Source of the DNA: Minutocellus sp. GHC0000111
Taxonomy: Eukaryota
Direction: 5' to 3'
Length of the DNA: 64,000 nt
Assembly: GCA_977018835.1 (NCBI GenBank)
Contig: OZ361256.1
Coordinates: forward strand, 4,092,001 to 4,156,000
In this document: positions 1 through 10,829 of the stretch, piece by piece
How the letters are laid out: the number at the start of each line of letters is the position of its first letter
How positions within the stretch are numbered: the stretch's first letter is position 1
Notes under the pieces: generated by a model
The model's database searches: none
Told to the model about the DNA's origin: nothing
Seen by the model: only the letters and a program-made list of their open reading frames with translations
Made by a program: the position numbers and the translations under genes

Positions 1-227
1 AAAAAAAGCAAACCGTCGTGGCAAAGCAACGTGGCTTGGCGGGAACGTCACTGTCCTCGGCCGTACATCAATGGTCTCCAAACGGTACCCCTCTCCACCC
101 ACCCAACTCCAAACCACGTAGCTAGAGGCGCATTGATTTAATCGTATCGAGAAGAGAATGACGAGTCTACGACCAGCTGTGGAATCAGCACAACACGTGC
201 ATCTTCCTCCACTGAGCTTGAATACCA

Positions 228-1973
228 ATGACGGTACTGGACCGGTCGGACCAGTCACCCTTCCACTCGTGTGGGGATGATGATGCCGATGGCGACAGCG
301 GGCAGCATGTGGCGGCGCTTTTTCAAGGCTACGGGACTCACTACGTTGACCTGTGGGTTGGCACCCCGCCTCAGCGCCAGACCGTGATCGTCGATACTGG
401 TTCGGGTCAGACGGCCTTCCCCTGTTCGGGCTGTGAAGACTGCGGGGAGTCGTACCATACTGATTCCTACTTCATCGAAGCTGATTCCTCAACATTTGAA
501 CGGTTAGAGTGCGACGCATGTTACAAGGGTCACTGTGCAAAGGGCAAGACCGAAGCGGGATCGTCGGGGAAGGAATCCATTTGTCAAGTCAGCATGTCGT
601 ATTCCGAGGGATCGAAGTGGTCGGCGTATGAGTCCAGAGACTTGGCTTACGCTGGTGGAACGCATTTTGAGGCCCTGTCGGCTGAAGAGGTGGAAAGTGC
701 TGGCCAATTTCCACTGTATTTTGGTTGTCAGACTCTGCTCACCAAATTGTTTTTGACGCAGCTGGCCGACGGCATCATGGGTATGGTCAACAAAGGTACC
801 AGTTATTGGTCCCAAATGTACGAAAGTGGCGCCATGTCGGAAAAGAGTTTTTCCCTATGCTTCACCCGCCAACCCACGGCCAGCCGAGAGGGAACCGAGG
901 CCGGTGCATTGACGCTGGGAGGCACCGACGCCCGATTCCACATGACACCTCTCGTGTACGCACGAAATGTCAAGCCCAGTTCGGGATACTTCACCGTCAA
1001 TCTTCAAGAAGGAGGGGGCGAATCCGCGGGAACCAGTAGCGTCCAGGGAGGCCAATATGCAATTCATGCCTTGGAGGTTGACCCGGTGATTCTCCAGAAG
1101 GCCAACTCGGGCCACTCAGTGATTGTCGATTCTGGGACGACGATGACATACTTGGACAAAAAGATCGGAGCAGTCCTCAAGGCCAAGTGGGAAGAGATCA
1201 CTGGAATGGATTACACCAACGATGCCGTGACGCTGACCGACGAGCAATTGCATTCCCTACCGACGGTATTGTTTCAATTCGAAGCGTCGGGCGACGGTGC
1301 CAACGAGAACATCGGTGATGGAACCAAAGAGACCGTTGTTGGATTGACTGGTGCTATTGATGAGTCGAGTCCAACCGATGTCATTGTAGCAATGCCAGCA
1401 TCGCACTACATGTTTTATGATGAGGATGAAAATACGTATCAGAGTGGACTTTACATTGACAAAAGGTCAGGCTCCACCTTGGGCGCAAATCTTATGATGG
1501 GACACGATGTATTGTTTGACGTAGCCAACGGTCGAATCGGATTCGCCGAGTCTGACTGTGACTACTTCGACGTGACTGGCCACACACCACCTGGAAATGC
1601 CAATGGGCGAGAAGGTCCTGATGAACAAGAATCTGATGTTGAAGACAGACCGCCTCCATCGGGACAAATCGGAGTGAGCCCAGGAGAGACCGACGTCGTC
1701 TGCCCAACTACTGGGTGTAAGATGGGAGTCCTTGCCGTGGTATCTGTCCTCGTCACATTATTTATTGTATACCGACGCCGATATGGCTATGGTAGCAGGC
1801 CGACTCGTCGTGATCGTCGAGGAACTGCAGCTGTTCCCACCATGGATGATGATCTCGAACTTTATCAGGAAGAAATTGAGGATGCCGATGATACTGCACC
1901 TGATGAAGAGGAGGACGAAAGTTCAAGCCATGATGGCCGCGATACGAAAGATGAATCAGATTTTACAATTTAG
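228..1973 (+). CDS. Pepsin-family (A1) aspartic protease, plasmepsin V/ASP5-like, with C-terminal TM helix; 5' end uncertain
   Basis: Catalytic motifs VIVDTGS and VIVDSGTT; Cys-rich insert TAFPCSGCEDCG; ADGIMGM; LGANLM..HDVLFD..NGRIGFAESDC; hydrophobic VLAVVSVLVTLFIVY followed by RRR. No signal peptide in this ORF. Confidence 0.9.
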   Translation: MTVLDRSDQSPFHSCGDDDADGDSGQHVAALFQGYGTHYVDLWVGTPPQRQTVIVDTGSGQTAFPCSGCEDCGESYHTDSYFIEADSSTFERLECDACYKGHCAKGKTEAGSSGKESICQVSMSYSEGSKWSAYESRDLAYAGGTHFEALSAEEVESAGQFPLYFGCQTLLTKLFLTQLADGIMGMVNKGTSYWSQMYESGAMSEKSFSLCFTRQPTASREGTEAGALTLGGTDARFHMTPLVYARNVKPSSGYFTVNLQEGGGESAGTSSVQGGQYAIHALEVDPVILQKANSGHSVIVDSGTTMTYLDKKIGAVLKAKWEEITGMDYTNDAVTLTDEQLHSLPTVLFQFEASGDGANENIGDGTKETVVGLTGAIDESSPTDVIVAMPASHYMFYDEDENTYQSGLYIDKRSGSTLGANLMMGHDVLFDVANGRIGFAESDCDYFDVTGHTPPGNANGREGPDEQESDVEDRPPPSGQIGVSPGETDVVCPTTGCKMGVLAVVSVLVTLFIVYRRRYGYGSRPTRRDRRGTAAVPTMDDDLELYQEEIEDADDTAPDEEEDESSSHDGRDTKDESDFTI

Positions 1974-2031
1974 AAAAAAGAGATTGACTTATAATGTGTA
2001 TGTCTTTTGACTTCAGTCTCTGTGTGTTCGT

Positions 2032-2867
2032 TTAGTCCTCAATCTTGTTGACATGCGGCTTGTTGAGGAACGAACTTGCGATGGTGTCTTTGTATTCAGG
2101 TTTCTTTTCCGACTTCTTGACCGTCGCTGCGTCCAAAGCGTGATGAAGCTCACCGAGCTTGGATCCTTCTGGCACGCTAACTTCTCCATACAATATCTTT
2201 TTGGTGAGACTTTTTCACCGAAGTATTCTTCGTTTGCTCGGAACCTTGGTGTGATGATTCCTCCTTCAAAACTAATGCCAAACGCTAATCCTTTGGTATG
2301 GGCAAAGCTTGAAGTACTTGCAACACCTCTATTGCTAAAGTGAGCATAAAAGTCATCTTCCTCACCCTCTGGTCCAAGGGTGAGGGTTATCTGAGATCCA
2401 ACCCGAAGCTGAAATTCGCCCGATAATGTCTTCATCGCAGCTTTCTCGGAGAGGAACATGATGCTCTTTTTCTCGATGCCCGCTTGGATGCCGGCACCTG
2501 CACCGCCGAGTCCGATCGCGCATGGCGCAGACCATTTGTTCTCCTTCTTGTCGTGTCGAAGGAGAATGCCCGTTCCTCCGTTCGCGGAAAAAGAAAGCCG
2601 GCTTGATATGCGCTCATGAGGACAATACCATCTGTGGAGAGAAAGGGAAAAGAATGTCGATGAGCATATTATTTTCTTTTTCCTCATTAGTAGTTGGAAT
2701 GGGAAAATAAACACCACATAGTACTCACGACAATGCTTGAAGTAGAGTTCCATCCCTGGTTCGGACGAAAATTCTTCCACAATTGATAGAGCTTCATCGA
2801 TGAGATTTTCCATCTTGGCCGATGGTCGAGCTGCTGGTTCTGATGGTGGTGCTGGCGCGTCAGACAT
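2032..2867 (-). CDS. SYLF/Ysc84 domain protein (SH3YL1-like); intron 2632-2728; apparent homopolymer frameshifts near 2590 and 2200
   Basis: Spliced reading gives GIVLMSAYQAGFLF(S)ANGGTGILL...WSAPCAI...GIQAG...GLAFGISFEGGII..R..ANEEYFG; GTGAGT donor and CAG acceptor. Confidence 0.8.
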
Positions 2868-3513
2868 ATTATTATTAGAGATCAACTTTCTGCCTTCTAC
2901 TTTTGGATCGGCAAAAGACGTTTGATAAGGAGTGGAAGCGAAGGAGATTTCTTGATTGATTGAGAATGATGTATATTTTGCAGATAATAGTAATGTATGA
3001 GTCGCTAGCTAGGAAAGCCGGTGTAATCGTTGTTGCTTTGGGCTCTGCGGCATTGGCCTCCTCCATTCCCCTCGTAATCGTGCGATCGCATCGTGCTGGG
3101 CGGGCAGCACAGGCAGGTGCGGGGCGCTGATCGGAAACAACATTTATGCCCGATCCAACCAACCAGCCAGCGAACACGTCACGAAGAAGCGAATCTGACA
3201 GCGCAGCCAGCGCAGCAGCAGCGGCGTGGGCGCCGACTTCGTGCCGCGCCGTTGGCCATTGCTATTGGTTGGTTCTATTGCTCGTTGCTGACCCAACTAC
3301 GTGTAATATTGTGCGTTGATACAGTGTTCGAAAAGGTAATTTGCACATTGGCCCCTCTTATCTTGGATTTATTTTTCGTTCTGCAGGTTCAGTGCTTCGT
3401 GTTTTCTGTCCATTCCACTCTTGCTCCTCTCGTCTCACTTGCTTGTTGATATTTATGTGCCTGTGATCAGAAAACAAATACGTGCCCAATTTGACGTGCC
3501 CCATTCATTGACG

Positions 3514-4263
3514 ATGAGCTACTCGTATGCTGACGATGACGATGATGTGTCGGTGTCCCAGCCTCCTGAAGCTCCGATAGTGGTGCATGACAATGATGTT
3601 CTGTCTGGCCGTGGAGTGATCATTGCCGAACATCCCGGGAACAAGAGATACCGATCGTTGATTTCCACCCACTACGACAAGGACTATTGCGAGACGTACA
3701 CTACGTCGGAGAAGAGGGCCGTGGCAGAGAACATCATTAAGCACATTCGGGAGCTGGACCCGCCGGGACGCTTCCTCCAGCGGGATGGTAACTGCAAGAA
3801 GGTCCGAGGCCTCACGGGGCCATGGGAAGTCATCAATCACGATGCCGTTGTGAAGAAGGTATGTCAGGCTCTCCGAGATTGCAACCGGCAGGATCGGAAG
3901 GGGTATGCCAACGGCATTAAGCAGCCCGACGATGTGCAGGTCTCGCTCGAAAAGAGGCAGCGGTCGGGCCTTACCAACAAGCAGCAAGCGGCCGCCGCAG
4001 CTGGAGCGGCTTCAGCCTACATGGCGAGCTTGGCCCACTTCGACGCCGAACCAGCGCCATACGCCGCGATGCCCGCTATGGGAGGTATGCCGGGCTCAGA
4101 TGTCGATGCGCTGGCTGCGGCAGCTGCCGTAGTAGACGATGATGGCCCAAGCTCGAAAAGGTTGCGTACTGATGATGGACATGTCCCCGGTGATAATCAT
4201 GGTGTGGCGGGAGAGGAAGCGGGTGAAGAGGATGATCATGAGCTCAACGTGGGAGTGCTGTGA
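3514..4263 (+). CDS. DUF6824-type diatom protein
   Basis: NDVLSGRG...HPGNKRYR...GRFL...W...KKVCQALRD signature of this diatom-expanded domain. Confidence 0.8.
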   Translation: MSYSYADDDDDVSVSQPPEAPIVVHDNDVLSGRGVIIAEHPGNKRYRSLISTHYDKDYCETYTTSEKRAVAENIIKHIRELDPPGRFLQRDGNCKKVRGLTGPWEVINHDAVVKKVCQALRDCNRQDRKGYANGIKQPDDVQVSLEKRQRSGLTNKQQAAAAAGAASAYMASLAHFDAEPAPYAAMPAMGGMPGSDVDALAAAAAVVDDDGPSSKRLRTDDGHVPGDNHGVAGEEAGEEDDHELNVGVL

Positions 4264-4593
4264 GGTTCTCCTGTTACCTGTTACGTACAGAGTATTTATT
4301 TATGCACTTGAAGGCTGACTAGCTATTAGCTAGGCCTAGACTGACTAGTGGGCCTATGGAGAACATCGCAATGGCATGCTGCTTGGGGCTCCGCGACAAG
4401 TATCCATTATACCGCTCTTCCAGATTATGGGAAGGCGGATAAGAATGTTTGATTTTGTTTCGGAGAAAGCACAGCTATTACCTTGCTACGTAGGTACCAG
4501 TTTTGTAGAATCAATTGCGCCGTACAAAGATATGTAGGTTTTAACATTTTAACTTACTACGTAGAGAGCAAGCCAACTCGTAGTATTTCATAA

Positions 4594-7455
4594 TTAGCCC
4601 GGTCCTACTTTCTTGATACCTCCAAGTGTGTCGGCGTTACTTTGGCGATTGATGATGGAATTGACGAGTTGAAATATGGAAATCTTTGGTGCAGCCTTGG
4701 TATGGCTTGGCGATCCATAGTTGCTCTTACGATCGACGACAGCGAGACTGGTTTGTTTCTTCTCCTCAATGAGTATGTCAATCTGTTCGTCTACGTCAAA
4801 ACAGCGCATCCAAATGCTCGTGACAGGTTTCGTCTGACCAATGCGACGGACTCTGTCTTCTGCCTGCAAAGCATCGCCGGGCGTCCATGGTCGATCGAGC
4901 AATATAATTGTAGCCGCTGCAGTCAGAGTGAGACCGACCCCGCCAGCACCGAATGTACACACAAATACTGCCGAGAGCCCAGCCTGAAAGTCATCAACCA
5001 TTGGCTGACGCTTCTTTGGCGGAGTCTCACCCGTCAGAACATGCCCATTCCACCCCGATTCCCCGAGTCTTTTGTGCACTTCTTTTGCCACCGCAACAAA
5101 ATTTGTGAATATAACTACTGCTGGCTCCTTTTCCAAGACGGCTTGGGCAAGGCGAACCGTTCCACCGATTTTAGCCTCCGAAGCGATAAGTCGTACTCGA
5201 TTGAAGGCTCCCAATAGTCTGTCCCTTGAATCGTCTCCCTTCGTGTCGCTGTGCATTGATTGATATAGCTTTGCAAGGTCATTCATGGCATTGGTATGCT
5301 TTAATTCATCCCGGCTGCTCACTGGAATTTTCCTGAACTCACGGGTCTTGGGCGGTAAATTTTCAAGGCACTCTTCCTTCGTCATGAATAGCATGTGATT
5401 GGCAATGTGCGCATTGAGATGGTTCAGATTACTGGATCCGCTGGCGTCCCAAGTCATTCTCCCCCCAAAATTTTTCTGCATACCATTGCAAAAAAATGTC
5501 TCGAATAGCCTCTGATTGTCACCAAACGGATGTCGGACTGCGCGAAGCAGAGGGAAGATATTGCACGGTTTGCCATTCTTCATCGGTGTGCCCGTCAGAA
5601 GAAGTACTCCGACGCACCTCTTATCCTGCATCAAAGCCAGAGCATCCTTCGTTCGTCCAGATGCTATGTTTTGCATTTGATGGGCTTCATCGGCAATGAC
5701 AACAAAATGTTTGGCCTCCTCCGGCACCTTACGAGGACTGGGTATCTTTTGCCACGAGCAGACGTGCATGTCCATTTCGGGCGATGGACTTTCCTCCTTC
5801 CCATCGTCATCACAGTCCAACCCCACGATGGACGATGCCGTTCGAATCCATTCCTTGCTCAAACTTACGGGGCAGATGGCATAGATCTTGAGATCGGGGT
5901 ACGTATTTTTGAATGCCTTGCCCCAAACGCATCCGACCAAGGTCTTCCCCAGTCCCATGTCGAATGCCAAAATGAAGCGACGCATTTTTGAGTCCACGCA
6001 GCACGCCCAACTTTTGGTGCGGTAAGATTTTCCATCCATTCAGCAATTTCTTGGAAAGTTCCGCATGCTTAATCAGCTCGGCCCTTCGACCATCATCGAC
6101 TGGTGCCACCCGCTCGGGATCATAGGCTATCATCGGAGGCAGTGGCGGAAGCTCTTTTGCTCGGCCGCTGGCCATTGCACTGGAAGAAGAGGATGGTCTA
6201 CTAGTAGAAGTGCTTGCAGCAGGGGCGGCACCAGCGTTGGCATTGCCATTGGCACTACCAGGCCTTGTTGTAGAAGCTAATGGTGCTGATACTGATGATC
6301 CACCCGATACCCCCCTTTGTACTTGTGGCTGCTGCTGCGGATTTGACCACGCCGTCGGTCGACCAATGCCCGAAGCTAGCGAATAAGGATTATTCTGTGG
6401 CTTACTCGACTGGCGAGATTCTCCTCCCTTCAAATTCGATGCTGATGCTGGTGCCGTCTTTTCTGTAGACTTCGCAGCTGTAGCCGCCTTATTCACCGCA
6501 ACTGGATCACAATCTTTCCGGCCAATATTTCCTGGATTGTCTGCGTTGTTCGTGCCGGCAGTGCTTGTAGTCTTCGTCGTCCCGACTCCAGTAGCAACAC
6601 TCATATCAAAAGCCGACCAATCGATCCCCCCATCTCCATATTCATCACCGGCACTGAGCTTGCCGTTGGGCTGAGGCAATGCCGATGCAGCACTAGTAGC
6701 ATTGGCGGTAGCACAGGTACTAGTATCCCTGGGAGCTGCTGCAACAGCATTGGTCGATGGTTTGGCGTTTGCATAACGATTCGACGAAGCTGACACACTG
6801 GTCGCTGGTGCCCGTTGCATGACGTGCTGACCTGGCTGGCCCATTTGCGGCTCTGCATGTGACACTGCTCCTGGCTGCGGTTTTGGCTGCTGCGGCATCC
6901 GCTTCGCGTACGGGTTGTGCGGGAGCAGAGCCGCCGGAGCGGCGGCGGAAGTGGAAGCTGTGGTCAGCCCACCCATCCCACTGGCCGTCGTAGATGATGA
7001 TGAAGATGCCGTCGCTGTTGCGTGATAAGTATTGACTGCCTGGACTGGAGCTGCCGCAGGGTTGCGCCGGCATTCCGATCACCGGTGGCATTGCTACTGC
7101 CATTAACACCTACGTGAAGAGTCGAGGGCTGGCCGACCACCACAGCACCAGCTACAGCACCGCGATTTGCTTGAGGTTGAGACTGTTGTCCATGCGATTG
7201 GTGTTGCGGCTGTGCCGACGGTGGCTGCTGCTGCTGCTGCTGCTGAACCTCCGCCCTCGGCCTCTTCCTGGTGTTGGCATACGGGTTGGCAGGCAACGGC
7301 AACTGCCCACGCCGGTCGCCCTGCTGAAGTTGACGCTGCACATCGATAGAATTGATAACACCGCCACCACCAGCTTTAGCAGTAGCACTATCAGCACTGC
7401 CCCTCGCCGACGGCGCTGCACGCGGGTCGGCCGGTCCATCCATTCCAGTCTCCAT
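4594..7455 (-). CDS. SNF2-family helicase (SMARCAL1/ZRANB3-like) with long low-complexity N-terminus; split over three ORFs by frameshifts (~5985 and ~7100)
   Basis: LPHQ...ILAFDMGLGKT (motif I), IADEAH (II), LLTGTPMKN (III), AGGVGLTLTAA, DRPWTPGDALQAEDRVRRIGQ (VI). Removing one base of the T5 run at 5985-5989 joins GLK to MRRFIL. Confidence 0.88.
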
Positions 7456-7935
7456 TGCTCAAAGTACTGTATCCGCGGCTCCTTGCCGTTTTTTCATCAG
7501 GCTGGGCGGGATGTATGGCGATGGCGCGGCGGTTTGAGCCGGGTTGAAGGTTTTTCGTCAGACTTTCATCAGATCGAAACCACCGAGGAAACCACCTCTG
7601 CCATCGCCAGCAGTCTTGCCAATGCCGCGAGTCAAAAGTTACCGGTATCAGGTGCATGTAGGCTACATGGGATCCCTATGTGCCGTGGCAAGCAAAGGGG
7701 AGCAGTTTTGCTTCATTATGACCATGTAATATTGTTCTTTAGGGCTACATCTAATGTCGTACTCAAATATGCTAATGAAAATGTCTTGTCCTGCTATCTC
7801 GCGCGGAAACTTTGCGCGCGCTTTCTTTCAACCCAATCTCTGACCCGGGGTGACGCTCTGATGATATATAATATTTTATGAAATGTTTGGATGTTGGTTG
7901 GAAGAAGGGTCACTCCTTACCACGACCCCTTTGGC

Positions 7936-10036
7936 CTATCGTTGACTTCCACCGCTTCCACCACTTCGTCCAGTGCTGCCGCTGTCGTCGGCATCATCGT
8001 CGTCCCCCTTGGAGCCGCCCTTCCCTTTTCCTCCTTTGGATCCGCCGGAAGAGTCATCGTCATCGTCGTCGTCATCATCTCCAGAGCTTCCTTTTGATCC
8101 ACCCTTGCCCTATTGACCGAAGTAAAAATATGCATGTGGAGTAATACGAAGTTAGAAAAAGACATGATGACATATCGCCATGCATTGAACACATTTCAAG
8201 ATACAACACATACCTTTCCACCCTTGGAGCCACCAGATGAGTCATCATCATCGTCGTCGTCTCCAGAGCTGCCCTTGGAGCCCTTGGAGCCGCCCTTGCC
8301 CTTCGAGGAGCCACCGGATGAATCATCATCGTCATCATCGCCGGAGCTGCCCTTGGAGCCCTTAGAGCCACCCTTGCCCTTCGAGGAGCCACCGGATGAA
8401 TCATCATCGTCATCATCGTCGTCATCGCCAGAGCTGCCCTTGGAGCCGCCCTTGCCCTTCGAGGAGCCACTGGACGAGTCATCATCGTCGTCATCGCCAG
8501 AGCTGCCCTTGGAGCCCTTGGAGCCGCCCTTGCCCTTCGAGGAGCCACCGGACGAGTCATCATCGTCGTCATCGCCGGAGCTGCCCTTGGAGCCCTTGGA
8601 GCCGCCCTTGCCCTTCGAGGAGCCACCGGATGAATCATCATCGTCATCATCGTCGTCATCGCCAGAGCTGCCCTTGGAGCCCTTAGAGCCGCCCTTGCCC
8701 TTCGAGGAGCCACCGGACGAGTCATCGTCATCGTCATCATCGCCGGAGCTGCCCTTGGATCCGCCCTTGCCCTTCGAGGAGCCACCGGACGAGTCATCAT
8801 CGTCGTCATCGCCGGAGCTGCCCTTGGAGCCCTTAGAGCCGCCCTTGCCCTTCGAGGAGTCACCGGACGAGTCATCGTCATCGTCATCGCCGGAGCTGCC
8901 CTTGGAGCCCTTGGAGCCGCCCTTGCCCTTCGAGGAGCCACCGGACGAGTCATCATCGTCATCATCGTCGTCATCGCCAGAGCTGCCCTTGGAGCCCTTA
9001 GAGCCGCCCTTGCCCTTCGAGGAGCCACCGGACGAGTCATCGTCATCGTCATCATCGCCAGAGCTGCCCTTGGACCCGCCCTTGCCCTTACTATCAGATC
9101 CTCCAGAGCCAGAACCAGAACCGCCCTTGGAGTCATCGTCATCGTCGCCAGAGCTGCCCTTGGACCCGCCCTTGCCCTTACTATCAGATCCTCCAGAGCC
9201 AGAACCAGAACCGCCCTTGGAGTCATCGTCATCGTCGCCAGAGCTACCCTTTGAACTCTTCGATGCCTTGGCAGTCTTATCGGAGCCGGAGCCACTGCCG
9301 CTGGCGGTACCACTGTCGGATCCACTGCCCTTGGCACTCTTCGATGATTTGCTGGCCTTGGCAGTCTTATCGGAGCCGGAGCCACTGCCGCTGGCGGTAC
9401 CACTGTCGGATCCACTGCCCTTGGCACTCTTCGATGATTTGCTGGCCTTGGCAGTCTTATCGGAGCCAGAGCCACTGCCGCTGGCGGTACCACTGTCGGA
9501 TCCACCGCCCTTTGTCTTCTTTGATGATTTGGCACTCTTGTCAGAATCGGAGTCGGAGCCAGAGCCAGAGCCACTGTCGCTGGCAGTACCGGTGGAGGAT
9601 TTCTTGCTCTCAGATTCACCGCCACCGCCGCCGCCAGTACCAGACCTCATGGCAACACCAGCTCCGGTTCCTGATCCGACGACGGAACCAGAGTGATCGT
9701 CGGATGAATCATCGCTGTCCACGTACTTCAGAGTTCGAAGGAACTGTTGTGTGGTCATGATATAGAAAAATTGTACAGACATGAAGATATGAGAGATGAA
9801 AACGAGGGTTATCTACCGATTGTGGTGGCGACAATACGCCATTTCAATTGTGATCAGCATTGAGGAGGAGAACGAGCGGGCGCAAAGCTTACCTTGGCAA
9901 TGAGACCAGCTTTGTGATGTGACTCGGCGCCATTTCTCTTACGGATGTATGTTTGCTGCAATTTATTATTATTTTCAGCAGCGGTCCGGTCCAGGCTGGT
10001 TGCCGCCAGGACAACTAGGGCATAATGCAGCTTCAT
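7936..10036 (-). CDS. Secreted silaffin/cingulin-like Ser/Gly/Lys/Asp repeat protein; exons 10036-9893, 9743-8214, 8109-7936
   Basis: Signal peptide MKLHYALVVLAA; RXL site FLRTLK at the start of exon 2; many KxxK motifs (KSSK, KASK, KGSK) alternating with poly-Asp; both introns are GT..AG and preserve frame. Confidence 0.75.
8040..9590. repeat. Coding tandem repeats (three unit types) within the silaffin-like gene
   Basis: About a dozen units of SSGGSSKGKGGSKG(SKG)SSG-D(5-9); 2 units of DSKGGSGSGSGGSDSKGKGG; 3 units of GSDSGTASGSGSGSDKTAKASKSSK. Confidence 0.95.
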
Positions 10037-10829
10037 TGTGATGTTGATGTTTTGTTCTGTAGTGTACCAATGGATTACTGCGTTTCACAAGCACAAAAAG
10101 TCAGGAATAATATGAAGGACCTTGGGTAGCAAGTTGAGTTATCTCGAAAACTTGTACTGCCAAAGGGGAGAAGTGATATGTCTATTCATGGGATATCGAT
10201 GAGAATAAAGTATGGCGAAAAAGAGAATTGTGAGTTGACAGTTTGAGCGGGGCAAATGTGTTCTTTCGAAAAGAACAAAGTAGCGAATGAATGCCAATGG
10301 ATGGACTTTGTCATTGATTGAGAGCTGGTAGAAGAAGCAGTAGAAGCCTGTGATATGGCAATGGAATCGACACCAGCCCATCTATCTTGTCGTGGTCCGT
10401 CAGCCAATCGCTCATTCATGGTACCGGAAATACGCTGGCTGTGGAATCCAATTGCTGTTCTTTATGAATACCAACCCGATCGATCCACCAGCTGATGCCA
10501 TCACAACTGGCGCCACCTGCCAACTGACCAGCCATACAATTAAAGTCAGACGGTTGCACCACTGAATACCCATCCAAAGGCTACCGCAGATACCAGTATC
10601 ATGATGTCTCATGGGTTGTTCATGCATTCCTCACCTCCAAAGCAAAGAATTATGCTGATGGGGCCAGGTGTACATGTAGATCTAGTCTTTGTGTGATGAT
10701 GCTACATGGCTGTAATTCATCGGCATCGGCACCGGAACAATGAAAGCGCTGCAAGAGATACTAGAGTAGTGAAACCATTCCTGTGCTATTGAGGTATCAG
10801 TTCCTAAAGGTTCAGAATCTGCGCAAGAG

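Noticed and set aside
8113..9696. 527-aa P/E/S/L-rich plus-strand ORF and 516-aa alternative minus-strand ORF
   Set aside because: Shadow frames of the tandem repeat; only the S/G/K/D frame connects by canonical introns to a signal peptide and a stop.
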